From Cercozoa sp. M6MM (taxonomy: Eukaryota; Protista; Endomyxa: Ascetosporea): a DNA stretch of 64,000 nt. Each line of letters begins with the position of its first letter. The stretch's first letter is position 1. The notes beneath the pieces are model-generated. The model was not told where the DNA came from and made no database searches. It saw only the letters and a list, made by a program, of their open reading frames with translations. A program made the position numbers and the translations under genes. Below are positions 12,521 through 25,797 of the stretch, piece after piece. The DNA lies in assembly GCA_040357565.1 (NCBI GenBank), contig JBDODJ010000040.1; one strand, 5' to 3'.

Positions 12521-15500
12521 GGGGGCAGGGTTAGATAGGGATACCAGCGCATCTGCGCGGTCTGCAAGGCGTGTCGCAGTCGTCTCTGCTTGCGCAGCAG
12601 GACTTCGCGACGCTCCTGCAGCAGCGCGCGCAGCAACGGCACGCCACCGAGTCGCTCGGCCAGTCCACTGGCCTCAGGCACGCCGAGGACACTGAGTGCC
12701 TGCACATCCATCTGGTCCAGTGCGGCCTGCGCCTTGTGCATGGCATCACGACCTTGTTGCGCCAGCAGCACCGACTCCGTCAGCGGCGTCAGGTCGCGCA
12801 CTTGTCGCGACAACTGCAGCAGTCCACTCCGGAAGGCATCTGGCCAACAGAGTCGGAGGGGGTAGAGTGTAGGGTAGGTAGGAATAGGGTGGGTAGGGGT
12901 ACCACCGCGACGACGCTTGCGCAGCAGCGCGGCGTGCCGCCAGTCGCGCAGCGGGTCGAACACGAGCGCACGCAGCAGTCGTAGCAGCAGCGAGCGTGTC
13001 GACGAATGGCACAGCACGGTCATTACGTCCTGACACTGCTGCTGAAAGATGCCACCGACACCGCCACTCGGCAGCAGCATTCGTCGCAGCACGCGCGTCA
13101 GTCGGAACGGTACTCGCTCCGGCACAGGCAGGTGCTTGCCCTGGCGGTGATGGGAATGGACATGGAGATAGGCATGGAGATAGGCATGGAGATAGGCATG
13201 GAGATAGGCATGGAGTGTAAGGACAGCATGTACCTTGTCAAACGCAACGGCAAAGTCGATGTGCACAATGTCGCCACTGCGCGCGTCCAGCAGCAGGTTG
13301 CCGCAGTGCCGGTCGCCGATGCCGAGTGCATAGCCAATCATCGAGCCCGACGCCAGCGATCGCGCCGCGCGTCTCTGACGCTCCTGCTGCACCTGCACGC
13401 TGCCACTGCGTGCCACGAACAGGTGCCGTGCCTGTACACACGTACATCAGTAGAGACACAGGGGGGGGGGGGGGGAGGTAGACGGGGATACCGAGTCGCC
13501 AGGCACGAGTGCTTGCATGTCGAGCATGGCACGTCGTTGCACCGTCAGTGGCCATCTGATCGATCATACGGAGAAGTGACCAAGCAACCCACTGATCATT
13601 GATCGCAGACGGGAGTACCTGCGCCTAGGTGGCAGTGTGCGATCGCTCGGTTTCATCACGCCCTCCTGTAGCAGCAGCTGGCGCACGCGGCGTCGCCACT
13701 CGGCCGTCACACTGCCAGTGTCACGTAGTTGTCGCTGCTGCTGCTGCTGCTGTTGTTGTTTCTGCTGTTGCTGTTGCTGTTGTTTCTTGTGCGCAGCGTC
13801 AGTGTCGCCCAGACGTGCCATGACGGTCGACACGACGTCAGTGAGTGGCGTGGCACCTTTCACCCAGCCAATCAGACCGCAGCGCGCTCCTCTGGGAGGT
13901 GGGTAGGTAGGGTAGAGTAAGTAGGGTAGAGTAAGGTAGGGTGGATGGGTAGGGTAGGGCAGGGTAGGGCAGGGCAGGGTAGGGCAGGGCAGGTGGGTGG
14001 GGTAGGATAGGGTGGGTTGGGGTAGAGGATAGGGGTGGAGGGTAGGGGTAGGGCAGGGTAAATAGGTGTGTACAGAGGCAGTGCCGCAAAGGTGCGCATA
14101 AGGCCGCCCATGCGGTGCCGCCCAAGCGTCTCGTTGACGCACGCGAAGCACTGCATCACACGCTGGTCGAGTCGCAGGTCCTGCCGCGTCTTCAGCAAGA
14201 AGAAACGCCGCCTGCCGTCCGTGCAACTACACAACCGGGGGGGGGGGTAAGGGTACGGTCTATGACAGACTGGTCGGTACACGAATCCAAGTCGTTTGGG
14301 TCGCGTCTTGGTCGGCAGCACATGCACCTCGGTACACATGGCCTGGATCTCGACGCCTCTGCGTTGCGCATACGTCGTGTATAGTACAAGAGAACAGAAA
14401 CAGAAGGAAGGCAAGGCAACACACCCATCGGCAGGCAGCGACACTGTCTGTTCCGACAGCAGCGAGTTCAGCGTTGGTGCTACCTGCTGCGCGTTCAGTG
14501 GCTTGCACAACGACAACTTCTTCAGCAGCGGGTGCAGCAGCTTCTGTTCGGGGGGGGGGGGGAGGGGTAACTGGGGGGGGGGGTAAAACACGCGTGTACC
14601 TGACGGCGTGCAGGCCAGACATCGGCAGCGAATGCAGCGACGACGTTTCGCCAGTGGCCCCGCGTGTTATCGGCACCAACAGCTGTCTTGGCATCTTTGT
14701 CTTTGCGTGCGTCCGCGCGGACAGCCGAGCGGAGGGGAGGACTGCGCAGGAAACTGACGACTTGCTGTAGCACGCCGCTCAACTGACCGATCACTTGGCG
14801 GTCGTGCGGGGTCGCACTCTGGCCTGCGGGGGAAGGGGTAAGGGTAAGGGAATAAAGGGAGTAGGATCATGTATGTACCCTCGATGATGTTGTCGATCTC
14901 GGCGCACAGTTTGAACACGGGCGCCATCTCAGCACGGTAGCGTCGCAGCAACTCGCGATGTGTCATGTGCTACAACACAAGGGTGGGAGGGAGGTCATAT
15001 AGACATATCCATAGACAATGTACATAGATAGTAGAGACATGTGACAGGTAGTTACATTGGGAGCAAGGTTCTTCTTGCGCAACGAACTGGCGTACGAGGT
15101 CTCCTGTGCCTCCTCAGTCTGAGTCGTCGACAGTACCTACACAGAGACATATCCCCAGGCATCCCTTAGCCTGTACCCCCTCTCTCCCTTCAGACAGAGG
15201 GAGGGAGGTACCAGGGACTCCTGCAGCAAGGCGAGTCGACGCGGCACCTCGACGTCTAGTCGACGCAGCAGGTCGAGCAAGGTGTCGCGTCGCAGCATGC
15301 TCAGACTGCGCAGTGCCTCCATCACTGCCTCGGCCGACTTCTGTGTGGTACCACACAGACAGAGTTGATGTGTAGGTACTGGGTAGGTGGGTACTGGGTC
15401 GGTAAATACTGGGTAGGTAGGTACTGGGTACCAAGACACGCGAGTGCCGCTGCTGCATGGAGTGATAAAGTCGCTGCAGTGCGGCGTGGCGCCGGTCCGA

Positions 15501-18159
15501 GCCAGAGGTGCCGCCGGAGGTGCTGCTGTCCTCGCTGACAACCTCGGTGACGTCATCATCGCTGTGCAGGTCGGCCAGCAGTGCAAAGCACACGTCACTG
15601 GCCGAGTGACTCGCCACGACCTCGATCACCCGCTGCAGCACGCTGTCCGTGCGTGCTGGTCCACTGCGTCCTACCCACACGGGTGTAGAGTTACATGGTA
15701 GGGCAATGGTATGGGTTGAGGGAAAGAACAGGGGCGGGGACAAGGAGGGGACATGGGGCCGGATAGAAACGGTACCGACACGCGCCAGCAGTTGCGGCAG
15801 CAGCTGCGTCCACGCGGCGTGATCGCAGTGCACCATGTCGAGCAGCATGTCGAGTGTCACGTGCGCGGCATCATCCAACTGGTCGCACGACTGGTCACAT
15901 GATTGATCGCACGACTGGTCACACAGACGGTCCAGCACGACAGAAAAGTCGCCCAGCAGCGACACGGCGAAGGAGGCGTGAGTTAGCGTGTGCACCTCCA
16001 GGGTGCTGTCTTTGGACGGCAGTCCAGTCGGCGTACCAGTCGGCAGGCCAGTCAGCACGCTGTCGTGACTGGCTCGCAGCGAGGCCAGCAGCAGCGCGCG
16101 CAGTTCCGGCATCGTCTGGACTCGCTGCCGCTGCGACTCGATCAGAGTCAGCGCCGCGTCGGCCGTGTCGTCGTTGGTGGACTCACGTGTGCCTGTCTCC
16201 TCGCGGGAAGTCGGTCCAGTGTCCGTGTGGGAGTTGGAGCCACTGGGACAGGAGCCACTCATACAGGCGTCGAAGAGAGCGACGTCGTCAAAGTGTCGGT
16301 CCACGCGATGCTGCATGAAGAGAGCGACGCTGTAGCGAGCCAGTGCACTGGACTCGCCCGTGTCCGCCACCTGCTCGAGTCGAGGCAGCAGCTGCTGTTG
16401 CAGCACGCTCTCGGTCGCCGTGTCGCTCACTGGCAGCACCATCGGCGACACCGTCGCTGACTCGGGCGCAGTGATGGCGCGTGACACCAGCGACGCCGCC
16501 ACGTGCGCCATCAGAGTCGACGGTGCCGGCGACTCCAGCACCACATGCACCGCGTCCCTCAGACCGCTCTCTTCGCACGTGTTCGACAGCAAGGAGTGCG
16601 CCGCCTGCACCACCTTCCAATTGCTGTCTGCCTTTGCTTGCACCTGGAGGGTGGAAGCACAAAGCAGCATCGAGCATCGGACATAGCAGGCACAATACGC
16701 GGGGGGGGGGGCAAGGTACCAAACCAGATGGTGCAAATGGCGCGATCTTCACCAGATCGGCAATGAGATCACCGTCAGTGAGACACGTGTAGTCACAGCG
16801 CAGCACCTGACTCACTAAGAGTCGCTGCAGCGTGCTGCGCATCTCTGGCGGAACCGTAGCGTCCGCGCGGAAACTTGCATCGTCGGCAATGCGACACAGC
16901 GCCTCGACCACTCCGCGAGGAACGGCGGCAGTCGCATCGATCTGACGATGCACGTGTTCGTAGGCATGTGATACTGCCGTTGACACATGCAGTGGCGTCG
17001 CTGTGACCACTCGCTTGAGCGTTTCGCCCGCAGCCTCCGCGCGGATGTCCGCAGACCCGTGCGCGCGGACAATGTCCTGGCCAAGGAGCGCGTCGAAGCG
17101 TCGGAGTGCGGCGAGATCACTGTCATCGGCGTTGTCGTGCGGCGTCGCATCATCAATGTGCTGCATGTCGATCTGCATATTCAGGGTGCGCAGGTGCTGC
17201 CGCATCGCTCGGGACACGTGCTGCTGCCAGGCAGGGGAACAGGCGATGGGCCGACACTCGACGAGTTGGCCTTGCAGCATGTGCGACCTTGCAGAGCACA
17301 CAGCAACGAGGACTTCCACTCGCTCTTGCAGTACGTCGTCTTCTCTATTTGGAGCACGGAGTGATAGGACAAGAGGTAGGGGCAGGAACAACGAGTGGGG
17401 GCAGGGATAAAGGGTATGTAAGAGTGGGGATAGGTTTGTAGGGATAGGTGTAAAAGAGGTAGTGGTAGGTAGGTAAGGGTACTCGGAGGCACGCGGCGCC
17501 ACAGGCGCGAGCTGTGTGGCCAGTGCTTGCCACAGATCGCTCGCGTCGCGTCGATTCGGCAGTGCGCACAGCGTGTCATACGCCAGGCACACGGCCTGCT
17601 CCAGACTGGACACAAGCGATGTCCGCACGGACTCCTGCGACCACTGTGCGACCACCGAGTCGCCGAGTTGCAGCATGAGTTTCCACGCCTGTCCAGGGGA
17701 GACACAAAGTATATCAGAAGCAGCCAAGAAAGTCACAGGTCACATACCTCCTCAGGCACACAGAGCATCGAACTCAATTGCAGCAGCACCAGTCGGTTCT
17801 AAACAGCAAGATGTAACCGCAGAGAGAGAGAGAAAGGAGAATACTGGAGGGGTGGGTGTGAGTTCAGTACCGTGCGGAAGAACTGTTGGCACACAGTGAA
17901 GTTGTTGGCGAAGAAGACACGCGCCTGCGTTGAGACGCCGGTGAACACGTCGCCCGGCGTGTGCAGACGGCCGGCTGCTTGCTGCATGGCCGTGCGCAGA
18001 CACAGTGCCACGCGCAACAACGTTCGGCACGCCATAGCGACGGCACCGCCGCGCTCGTGCTTGGCCAGCAGCGACACGCCGCTGTACAGTGCCTGCTGCA
18101 GCAGCTTGAGCGTCGACTGGGCGTTGCCCTGTGTCGTATACTCTTACTCAGCAAGTCAA

Positions 18160-18210
<51 letters not shown>

Positions 18211-20967
18211 ATGGTACCAACGACGACTGCAGTCGCCGTCGCACCAAGGAACCCGCCACACGGTGTGCCAGCCACCAGGAGCACAGGTCAAAGTCAGTGC
18301 CCAGTCCATCGGCAGGCACGTTCATCAGACCTGTCACCAGAGGCACGGCTGTCGCAGCCTTGCACAGCTCAGAGTCCTGCCACGACTCCTGAGAATGCAG
18401 CAAGGATAACACAGAGGGTGTAACAGGAAGGCAGGAAGTATAACAGGGAAATATATAAAGAGAGCAAGGGGAAGTTAAACCCAGTCGAAACGAGTCATAT
18501 CATTCACGAACACGCCAAGCAACTGGTCGGCGGCGGCATCTTCGATCGCACTGGACAAAGCGTTGCCCTGCTCGAAGGCTGCGTTGACCTGGAGGGCCGA
18601 GTGCCACCTATCCACACATACAATGCCTCTCATCCTGTCTTGGTTCTTGAGGGACATGAGGTATGATACTTCGAGAGCCACTGGTCCTGATCGATTCGAA
18701 GGTCGGAGTGTTCACTCTGCAGCAACACGACCGAGCAGGCGTGGCGCAGGTCGCGAGCAGCACGTCGCACCTCGGTGAGTTCGTCCTGCGAGTACTGCTC
18801 AGTCAGCGGCACGATCCGCGCCAGCTTCTGCTGAGCGTCTGCCGTGTCCAAGAAGAGCACTGCGCACTGTTTGAGCACTTTTAATGCCGTCGCAGGCACC
18901 AGCGGTGTCAGTTCGATCGCGATGTCAGCGAGGCTTTGAACATCTTGCGTCGACCTTCGCCTACATTTAGGTATCATATGATAGACAGGCAGATGTGTGG
19001 TGGTGACTACTTACCGCGTCTGCTGCATGGCAACACTGGCCCACTCGAGCCAGGCCTCCTGGTCCTGGCGGCACATGGGCAGCTGCATGCGAGGCAGCCA
19101 CTCGAGTGCCTTGCGCAGGTGCACCGACATGTCGCCACCTGCCTTGCACAGGGTGCGCAGCAGAGTCACCGCCACGTGAGTTGTTCGGCCGCCACGCAGC
19201 ATCTGTTGGCGAAAGTTGAGGCTAGTTTAGATAAAGAGCGAAGGTAGCCGGAAGCAAGTGTACCTCATGGCGCACGAGTTGGAGTGCCGGGTTGGCCAAT
19301 GTGTCTTCTTGAAAGACACACCACCTTCTCAGCAGGCACGCCGAGACACGCGGGTGGTGAGCCGTGTTCCTGACGATACCAGCACGCAGCAGCGACTCGG
19401 ACATGTCACCCGAGTCCTCCGTGCACAGTACCGTCTCCAGTGCAGGCACGTGTGATACCAAGAAAGCACCACCTGTAGTCAAGTTAACACACACACAGAA
19501 ATACATAGATACATAGATACATAGATACATAGATACATAGATACAAACATCAACAGACAAGCAGACGACATGCAGACAAGAGAACAGAAGGTACCCAGCT
19601 GGTCCTGCTGCGCAGCCCATTCCTCGCCGAGCTGTCGACAGAAAACGCGCACGTGCGCACTGTTGTACTCAGTTCTCAGCACGAGTTCCGGCAGGTTAGC
19701 CCGCTCCAGCAAGGTGCCGTTGGCAGCGGCCTCGCGTGTCTCCTCTACGTCGCTGGCACATGCGATTCGCAGCACGTGCAGGAACAATGGTTGCAAGGCT
19801 TCTGCGACTTCGCCTTCCTCAAGCGGACCGCCAAAGTTCGCAAATATACCTGCACAGAAGGGACAGGTCTCTAAGGGCAACGCAAAGACAAGGACCTGCA
19901 TACCACGGTGTCCCCAGTGACGTAGGATGCGCGCAGCAGCATGCAGAAACGCCAGAGTGTGCGTGTGCCCTTTCACACTGCGTGCAAGCATGCGCGACAA
20001 GAACACCAAGGTCGATTTGGTCGTGTTCTGCAGGTGCACGGGGGAAGGGTCGTATGTACTTGGTATCATCCGTACTATGTATTGAAAGGAAGAGAGAACT
20101 GCACCTTAAGTTCGATACTCGAGTCGCCGAACGCGGCGTCGGTGTTGAGTGCATGCACGCGTGCCATGATGCGTGCGCACAGACAGGCACTCTCGCTGCA
20201 GAGTCGGTGCGACTCGTCCGGCAGCTCAAGTGTCAGCGGCATCGGAGATACCTGCAGCAGCAGCTCCAGCAGCATCAGCTGCTCGCGCGTGTAGCCTCTT
20301 AGCACAAGTCGCGTCGTTCGCGTTCCTAGGCCGAGCAGGTGGCGCAGCACCTCGCTCGTGTAGCCTCCTAAATTTGAACATATCTCTTCAAACGGGCAAG
20401 CACAAAAAATAGACGGCAGTGTGCTACCTTTAGCCTGGTAGTGCAGGGCAACCGACACTGCTAACGCCAGTGACGGCGCGCATGTACGCGCAGGCAGTTG
20501 CAGCAGCATGTGGCACAGCAAGTCGTGCGGACACAACGTCAGCAACACCGACGCTCCACGCAGTGGTACGTGCGACAACGTACTTGGCATACTCTGCGTG
20601 TAATGCACATGCATCGATGGATATATATATATATATATATATATATCGACACGGACAACCAGGCACCTCAATGTAGGTCAGTAGCGGTACTAGCACTTGC
20701 CCGACTTCCTGTACAGGTGCCTCTTTGGCAAGGAACTTCCACCCGCGCGTGGCCACGTGGCACAACGCTTCGTCCTCGTTGTCCTATTGAGACAGCACAG
20801 ACGTCCTGATGACTATGAAGGCAGAGGGGATCGAACCTGTAGCATCAGTGCATTCACTGCCGTCGCAATCGCGTCAAGCAGACGCACACGGCCCTTTCTC
20901 TGTACGGTAACTCGTAACAACAAGCGCGCATGGGAAAGAAATCACTTACAGGAGCCCGCTGTCTCAT
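8879..20967 (-). CDS. SMG1: PIKK-family Ser/Thr kinase, SMG1 type (NMD kinase)
   Basis: LPTKTRPKRL, LLKTRQDLRLDQRVMQ, GIGDRHCGNLLL, HIDFAVAFDKGKHLPVPERVPFRLT. About 4 kb of insertion lies between the kinase and the FATC end ATDTDLLCRMFEGWQPWV*; this insertion and the LPTKTxPK motif favour SMG1 over ATM/ATR/TOR. Start codon approximate. Confidence 0.85.
12432..12518. repeat. Intronic (TG/CA)n microsatellite; similar tracts at 18162-18208, 23516-23680, 25255-25319, 25693-25796, 43545-43586, 47275-47443, 51902-51977, 61765-61811
   Basis: Direct observation of dinucleotide runs, all inside predicted introns. Confidence 0.95.
13165..13214. repeat. Intronic 12-nt tandem repeat (GAGATAGGCATG)x4
   Basis: Direct observation; lies in the intron between FDK and GKHLPVP of the SMG1 kinase domain. 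Confidence 0.9.
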
Positions 20968-21233
20968 GTTGAGGTTATCATCCGTCGCAGCAGGCAATCG
21001 CTGGCTAAGGTGGCGCGTTAGTGATCGCAAACACCTTCACAGTTGCAGTTAATGCCCTCCCAGGAACAGGCTGTCGCTAATCCAAGCTACGAACGGCTCC
21101 TCGATTTTTTGATTATTATTGTTTTACAAAGCTGACAAAATTCCAGCTCGGCACATATCCGCGACTGAGTGTGCGCAGCGGTGTGCTGGTTTTTATTAAA
21201 ACACACTGTTGTTGTGTTTGGCAGAAAGAAGTG

Positions 21234-23454
21234 ATGGCTGACGACTGGGGGTTTTTCCCGCTCTATCTTGGATCTAGGGCCTTGTTTATGTTTGCTTTTA
21301 TCGAAACACACTCCGTAGCGAAGACGACGGGTGGGGCGAGGAGGGGTAAATTCCGAATTGATTTATCAGAGTGCCTTTCATCGCTAGCATCTCGCAGTGG
21401 CGGATGGGATGAGCCTGCGGAGGAAGTTGATAATGACGCCATTGACTCTTGTACTATTCTCGTACAGCAATCTCCTGCAGTGCATGTGTGTGTGTGTCGA
21501 CATGTGTATCTTTGTGTTCAGATGTTGTTCGCGTGTGCGGTAACGTCGAGCGTGATATGTTGAACCCGGAGGTTGTCGAGATGTCACTCATGGATGTCAT
21601 GCAAGAGACCGAGCGCAAGAAGGTGCACTGGGTCGAATGCCGACGTGCGTGTGTGTGTGTTTTTGTGCACTTGTTTGCGCAGGCAGAAGCAGAGGAACAC
21701 GGACGCCAGCTCATGGCTGCAGAGGTGTCCTGTGCATACTGTTGTTTGCATGTCTTTGTGTCTGGGTATACATGCTTTGTGACAGGATCCTCATCGCAAG
21801 TATCTGGACGCCTGTCAGAGTGCTCTGGCGGTACTGCCCGTTGTTTCTTTTCATGAACTTTTACTGTGACTTGGAACTTCTCAGGCGCGCATGTACATAA
21901 TGATTTCGCGTCGTCGCAAGCGTCTGCGCGACGCTGCTTCGTAGCGCACAGCTGCCCATGCTCGCATGCATGTGTCCATGTGTGTGTATTTTGATTGTTC
22001 CACAGGCAGTTCAACGACCTGACGGACGAGCAGAAAGACGAGGTATCACGCGATCTGTTTCGCTGTTTTGTACTCTGTATCGATGCGTATACACAGGCCC
22101 AAAAACAAGTGCTGCAGCGACTGTTCGACGAGTGTTTCTCGAAGCTGTGGCAGAACCTTGCCGATGGCAGGTACTCGATGGAGACACACAGGCCTGTGCA
22201 TGCTTACCCTGCCCCACCTTTCAGGAAGAAGAAGCGCGGCACCAAATCCGGGAGCGACGCAGGTGCCAGCTGCGCCGTCTGTCTTTGCGATTTCGAGGCC
22301 GATGAGTCCACTGCCTCCGCGTACCCTTACCCTCCGCCCGCGCTATACTCAGGCGTGAGAGATGTGGCTTGTTGTCGGTGTTCCTCAGTGTTGACGACGA
22401 TCAGTTGCGCCCGATTCGTTTGTCACTGTGCGCGTGCGCTGTCACGTGCCGCGAGTGTCTCAAGGTATAGCAATGTGTTTGGTGTGTTTTATGCTTCCTT
22501 TTATGTGGTCGCGATGTCGCTAGGGCTGGCTCAACTCGTTGTGCAAGAAGGAGGCGGACTTTCTGCCTTGGCCGCGCTGTCCTGCTGGTATATGTTTCTG
22601 CGTGTTTATAAGTTGGCGGGTACTAACAGTTGCGTGCACAGACAACTGCGGCATGCCGTTGGCACCCGAGGACATGCTGCACCTGACTGTATGATGACAC
22701 ATGTGACTCACTTTCGTGGAAGTGTGTAGCTGTTTGGTTTCGGCAGAAAGACGTCGTCAAAATCACAGACTTGTGCGCCAACATCGCACAGCAGAACCTA
22801 CTGCAGACTGGGTATGTATACTCACTCACACATGCACAAACTCGCACATGCACATGCGCATGTACCGTTGATACTCACAGCAACTGGATTGAGTGCCAAA
22901 ATGAAGCGTGCGAATTTGGCTTCTACTGCACCGACAGGTACTGTGTATTGCGGTACTTGACCTCTGTACGCACTTGAGTGGAAACACAGTAAGCTAGAGG
23001 AGGAGCGCACGTGTCAAATATGCGACACGACGCAGAATGTGAAAAAGTCGCCCAATCTAGACGTATGTCGACTGATGTGCTTGTGCATGTGTTCCCTCAT
23101 GTATTATGTCGATGTACAGGAAGGCCTGCAGGCCATGTTGGATAAGGGCGAGTTGCGTACCTGTCCATCCTGTGAACTGCCGACTTTCAAGGTGCGTTTG
23201 ATGTCAAACCTCAACAGACAGATGTGCACATAAGTACACTCGTGTGTTTGCACAGGAGTACGGCATTTGTAACGTCATTCAGTGCGGCCGCTGCTCGATC
23301 TGGTGGAATTGGCGAACACGTGAGACCGGTAGCAGCAGTCGTGAACTGAAGAACCGAGTATGTCGCGCTCCGATCTTGTGGTGCTATGTTCATTCTCAAC
23401 TTGGTGCTGTTTGTCGCTAGGCGCGCATGACGGGTTCGCTTTGGGAACCTGGCG
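21234..23454 (+). CDS. RBR (RING-IBR-RING)-like E3 ubiquitin ligase; 3' end lost in assembly gap
   Basis: Spliced RING1 CAVC...CAC..TCRECLKGWL...CPADNC, IBR-like WIECQNEAC...TCQIC, and RING2-like RTCPSCELPTFKEYGICNVIQCGRC. Confidence 0.8.
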
Positions 23455-23513
23455 GTGAGTTTCTGTTCTTCGTCTCACTGTTGCATGTGCCGTGTGCCGT
23501 GTGTGTGCGTGTG

Positions 23514-23680
<167 letters not shown>

Positions 23681-23780
23681 NNNNNNNNNNNNNNNNNNNN
23701 NNNNNNNNNNNNNNNNNNNNNNNNNNNNNNNNNNNNNNNNNNNNNNNNNNNNNNNNNNNNNNNNNNNNNNNNNNNNNNNN
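23681..23780. other. Assembly gap (100 N); others at 25740-25749, 35077-35176, 38653-38752, 47386-47395, 55827-55926
   Basis: N runs, each abutting a microsatellite or a G/C homopolymer. Confidence 0.99.
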
Positions 23781-24097
23781 GACAAGACATTCGTCGTCAT
23801 TCGGTGCGCGAAATGAGCCTTTCCAACCGATAATGTTCTCATGGGAAGGCAAGGCCCTTAAAGCAGTGGTCTCATTCGTCTCTATGCCCAGGGAAGGAAG
23901 TATTTTCGCTAGGTGATTCATACATCACCTCGTTTGGACACCGTACCAGCGCAGTGCCTCCGTCTTCGAGGCCTTGAAACACGTTTCAACACGTAGAGAG
24001 TTCTGTCAGAAAGGGACCGCACCTTGTAAACACAGCCGTGAGCACCCCTTCCGATTTCTCGAAGCACTTCAAAATCGTTGAGAGACATGCTAGTCAT
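23781..24097 (-). CDS. Ser/Thr protein kinase, NEK-like; N-lobe only, rest in gap
   Basis: MSLNDFEVLREIGRGAHGCVYKV...YVLKRV, then NETTALRALPSHENIIGWKGSF (subdomains I-IV), running into the N gap. Confidence 0.75.
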
Positions 24098-24470
24098 ACG
24101 ACGTGATGTCCGACCATTTCGGCGTGATCGACGAACCCGCGTTGAGTCAGATTGAGACTCACCTGTTCTCGCCGGCTGAGGGGTTAGTCGAATAGTGTGC
24201 ACGCACGGCTCCATTCGACCGAAGCTACCACCCTAAACCCACGAGAGAGCGAACTGACAGGACTGTGTAGACTAAGCGGGGTTTTACCACCAGCAGGGTC
24301 TGTCAATGGTCACAAAAAACAAAAAGGAACAGAGAAACTAAGAAAAACGCTGCCAAAAAGCAGAATGATGCTTCTGGGGTAGGGGTAGAAGTGGAGCTTA
24401 GAAAGCAGTATCTTGTGGGGTTTTAGGAGTATCTGCCACCACTTGTGCAGTGCCAGGTCAGTTGGCATTT

Positions 24471-25253
24471 TCATTCCAGTTGCTCGCTCATTTTGACGCA
24501 GTAGCGAATCGGTACCGTCCCAACAGTGTTTAGGAATGACGAAACGGAGGCACTCGTCGCCAAATAGCGTGGCACGAACAGGGTAGCTTCTCGTCCGTTT
24601 CAAGTACTGGTATATTAGTGCTTCCTGGTTTCTTATTTATCTCGCAGACCTAGCACGACATCTTCTTCTGTGTCCTCGGCTCCGCTTCCTTCAACCACAC
24701 ACACCGAGACCGTGTTGCGGAGCCCGAAAAGTCGAAACGAAAATAATGAAAATCCGCCTAGCACGGAGTTGGATGCAGAGAAGATTTTGTCGGACGACAA
24801 GAGTGGCGTCGGAGACTCTAACGTCGTGCTCGTACGGCACGACGATGAGACGGTCGACATCTCGAGCATCCCAAGCGGGGAGGAGAACAATTCTGACATA
24901 GTCGCAAGGGAGATGGCGACCCACGTGAACCTTCGAAATGGTATTTTGACTCTTGCGACATTACACTTAAAACGCACACATGCTTGTTTCAAGCTATATC
25001 ACCTCTCATACTGCACGTAGCAAAGAGAGAGCAACGAGGATTCTTGATGCACGCCGTCTCTACTGCTCCCTTCACTTTTGTGCGCACAGCCATCTTGCTT
25101 CCCTTCATCGTTGCGGTTATTACATTGCTTATTTTTAACGTGCGCTCAGCAGTGATCACCTCTCTGTCTTTTCAGGCCGCTACGTTGAGCGCCGATGAAA
25201 ATGGTCGCGTCAAGTGGCTTTTCGTTCGAGTCTCTGTAGAAAGCGTACACTTT

Positions 25254-25321
<68 letters not shown>

Positions 25322-25690
25322 CATGAGCTAGTATGGGTGGAAAGATAAGGATACTGCGAGTGCAACCGAGCGACAGTGCTTAACGCCGCTCGGCGCGCCT
25401 TCTTGTGCAAGTGAGGCAGTTGCTTCTTCGGGAATGCGTCTGCAAGAGTCCACAAGTTAGCGTAAACAAAGCTCAATAGAAAAAGCAAGCAATTATTTTA
25501 CGATCCATGACGTCGGAAATGGCCTTCTCGACGACAGTACGCGCGTCGTCATGTAGTCGCTCGAGAGCCGGCAGCAGTTTTTCCACGAGTTGGTTCAGCA
25601 TCAACTCCAAGACGGCGTCAGTGCCGAGGCCCACGCGCCCACCACGTTGCATTTTGGAGACCAAATCGCTTATGGCTTTGTACACCGACT

Positions 25691-25739
<49 letters not shown>

Positions 25740-25749
25740 NNNNNNNNNN

Positions 25750-25797
<48 letters not shown>

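Noticed and set aside
25344-25353. U12-type donor GTATCCTT in a dynamin intron, and many GTATC/GTACC donors
   Set aside because: No CCTTAAC-type branch site near the acceptor and no AT-AC intron found; compatible with weak U2-type donors.
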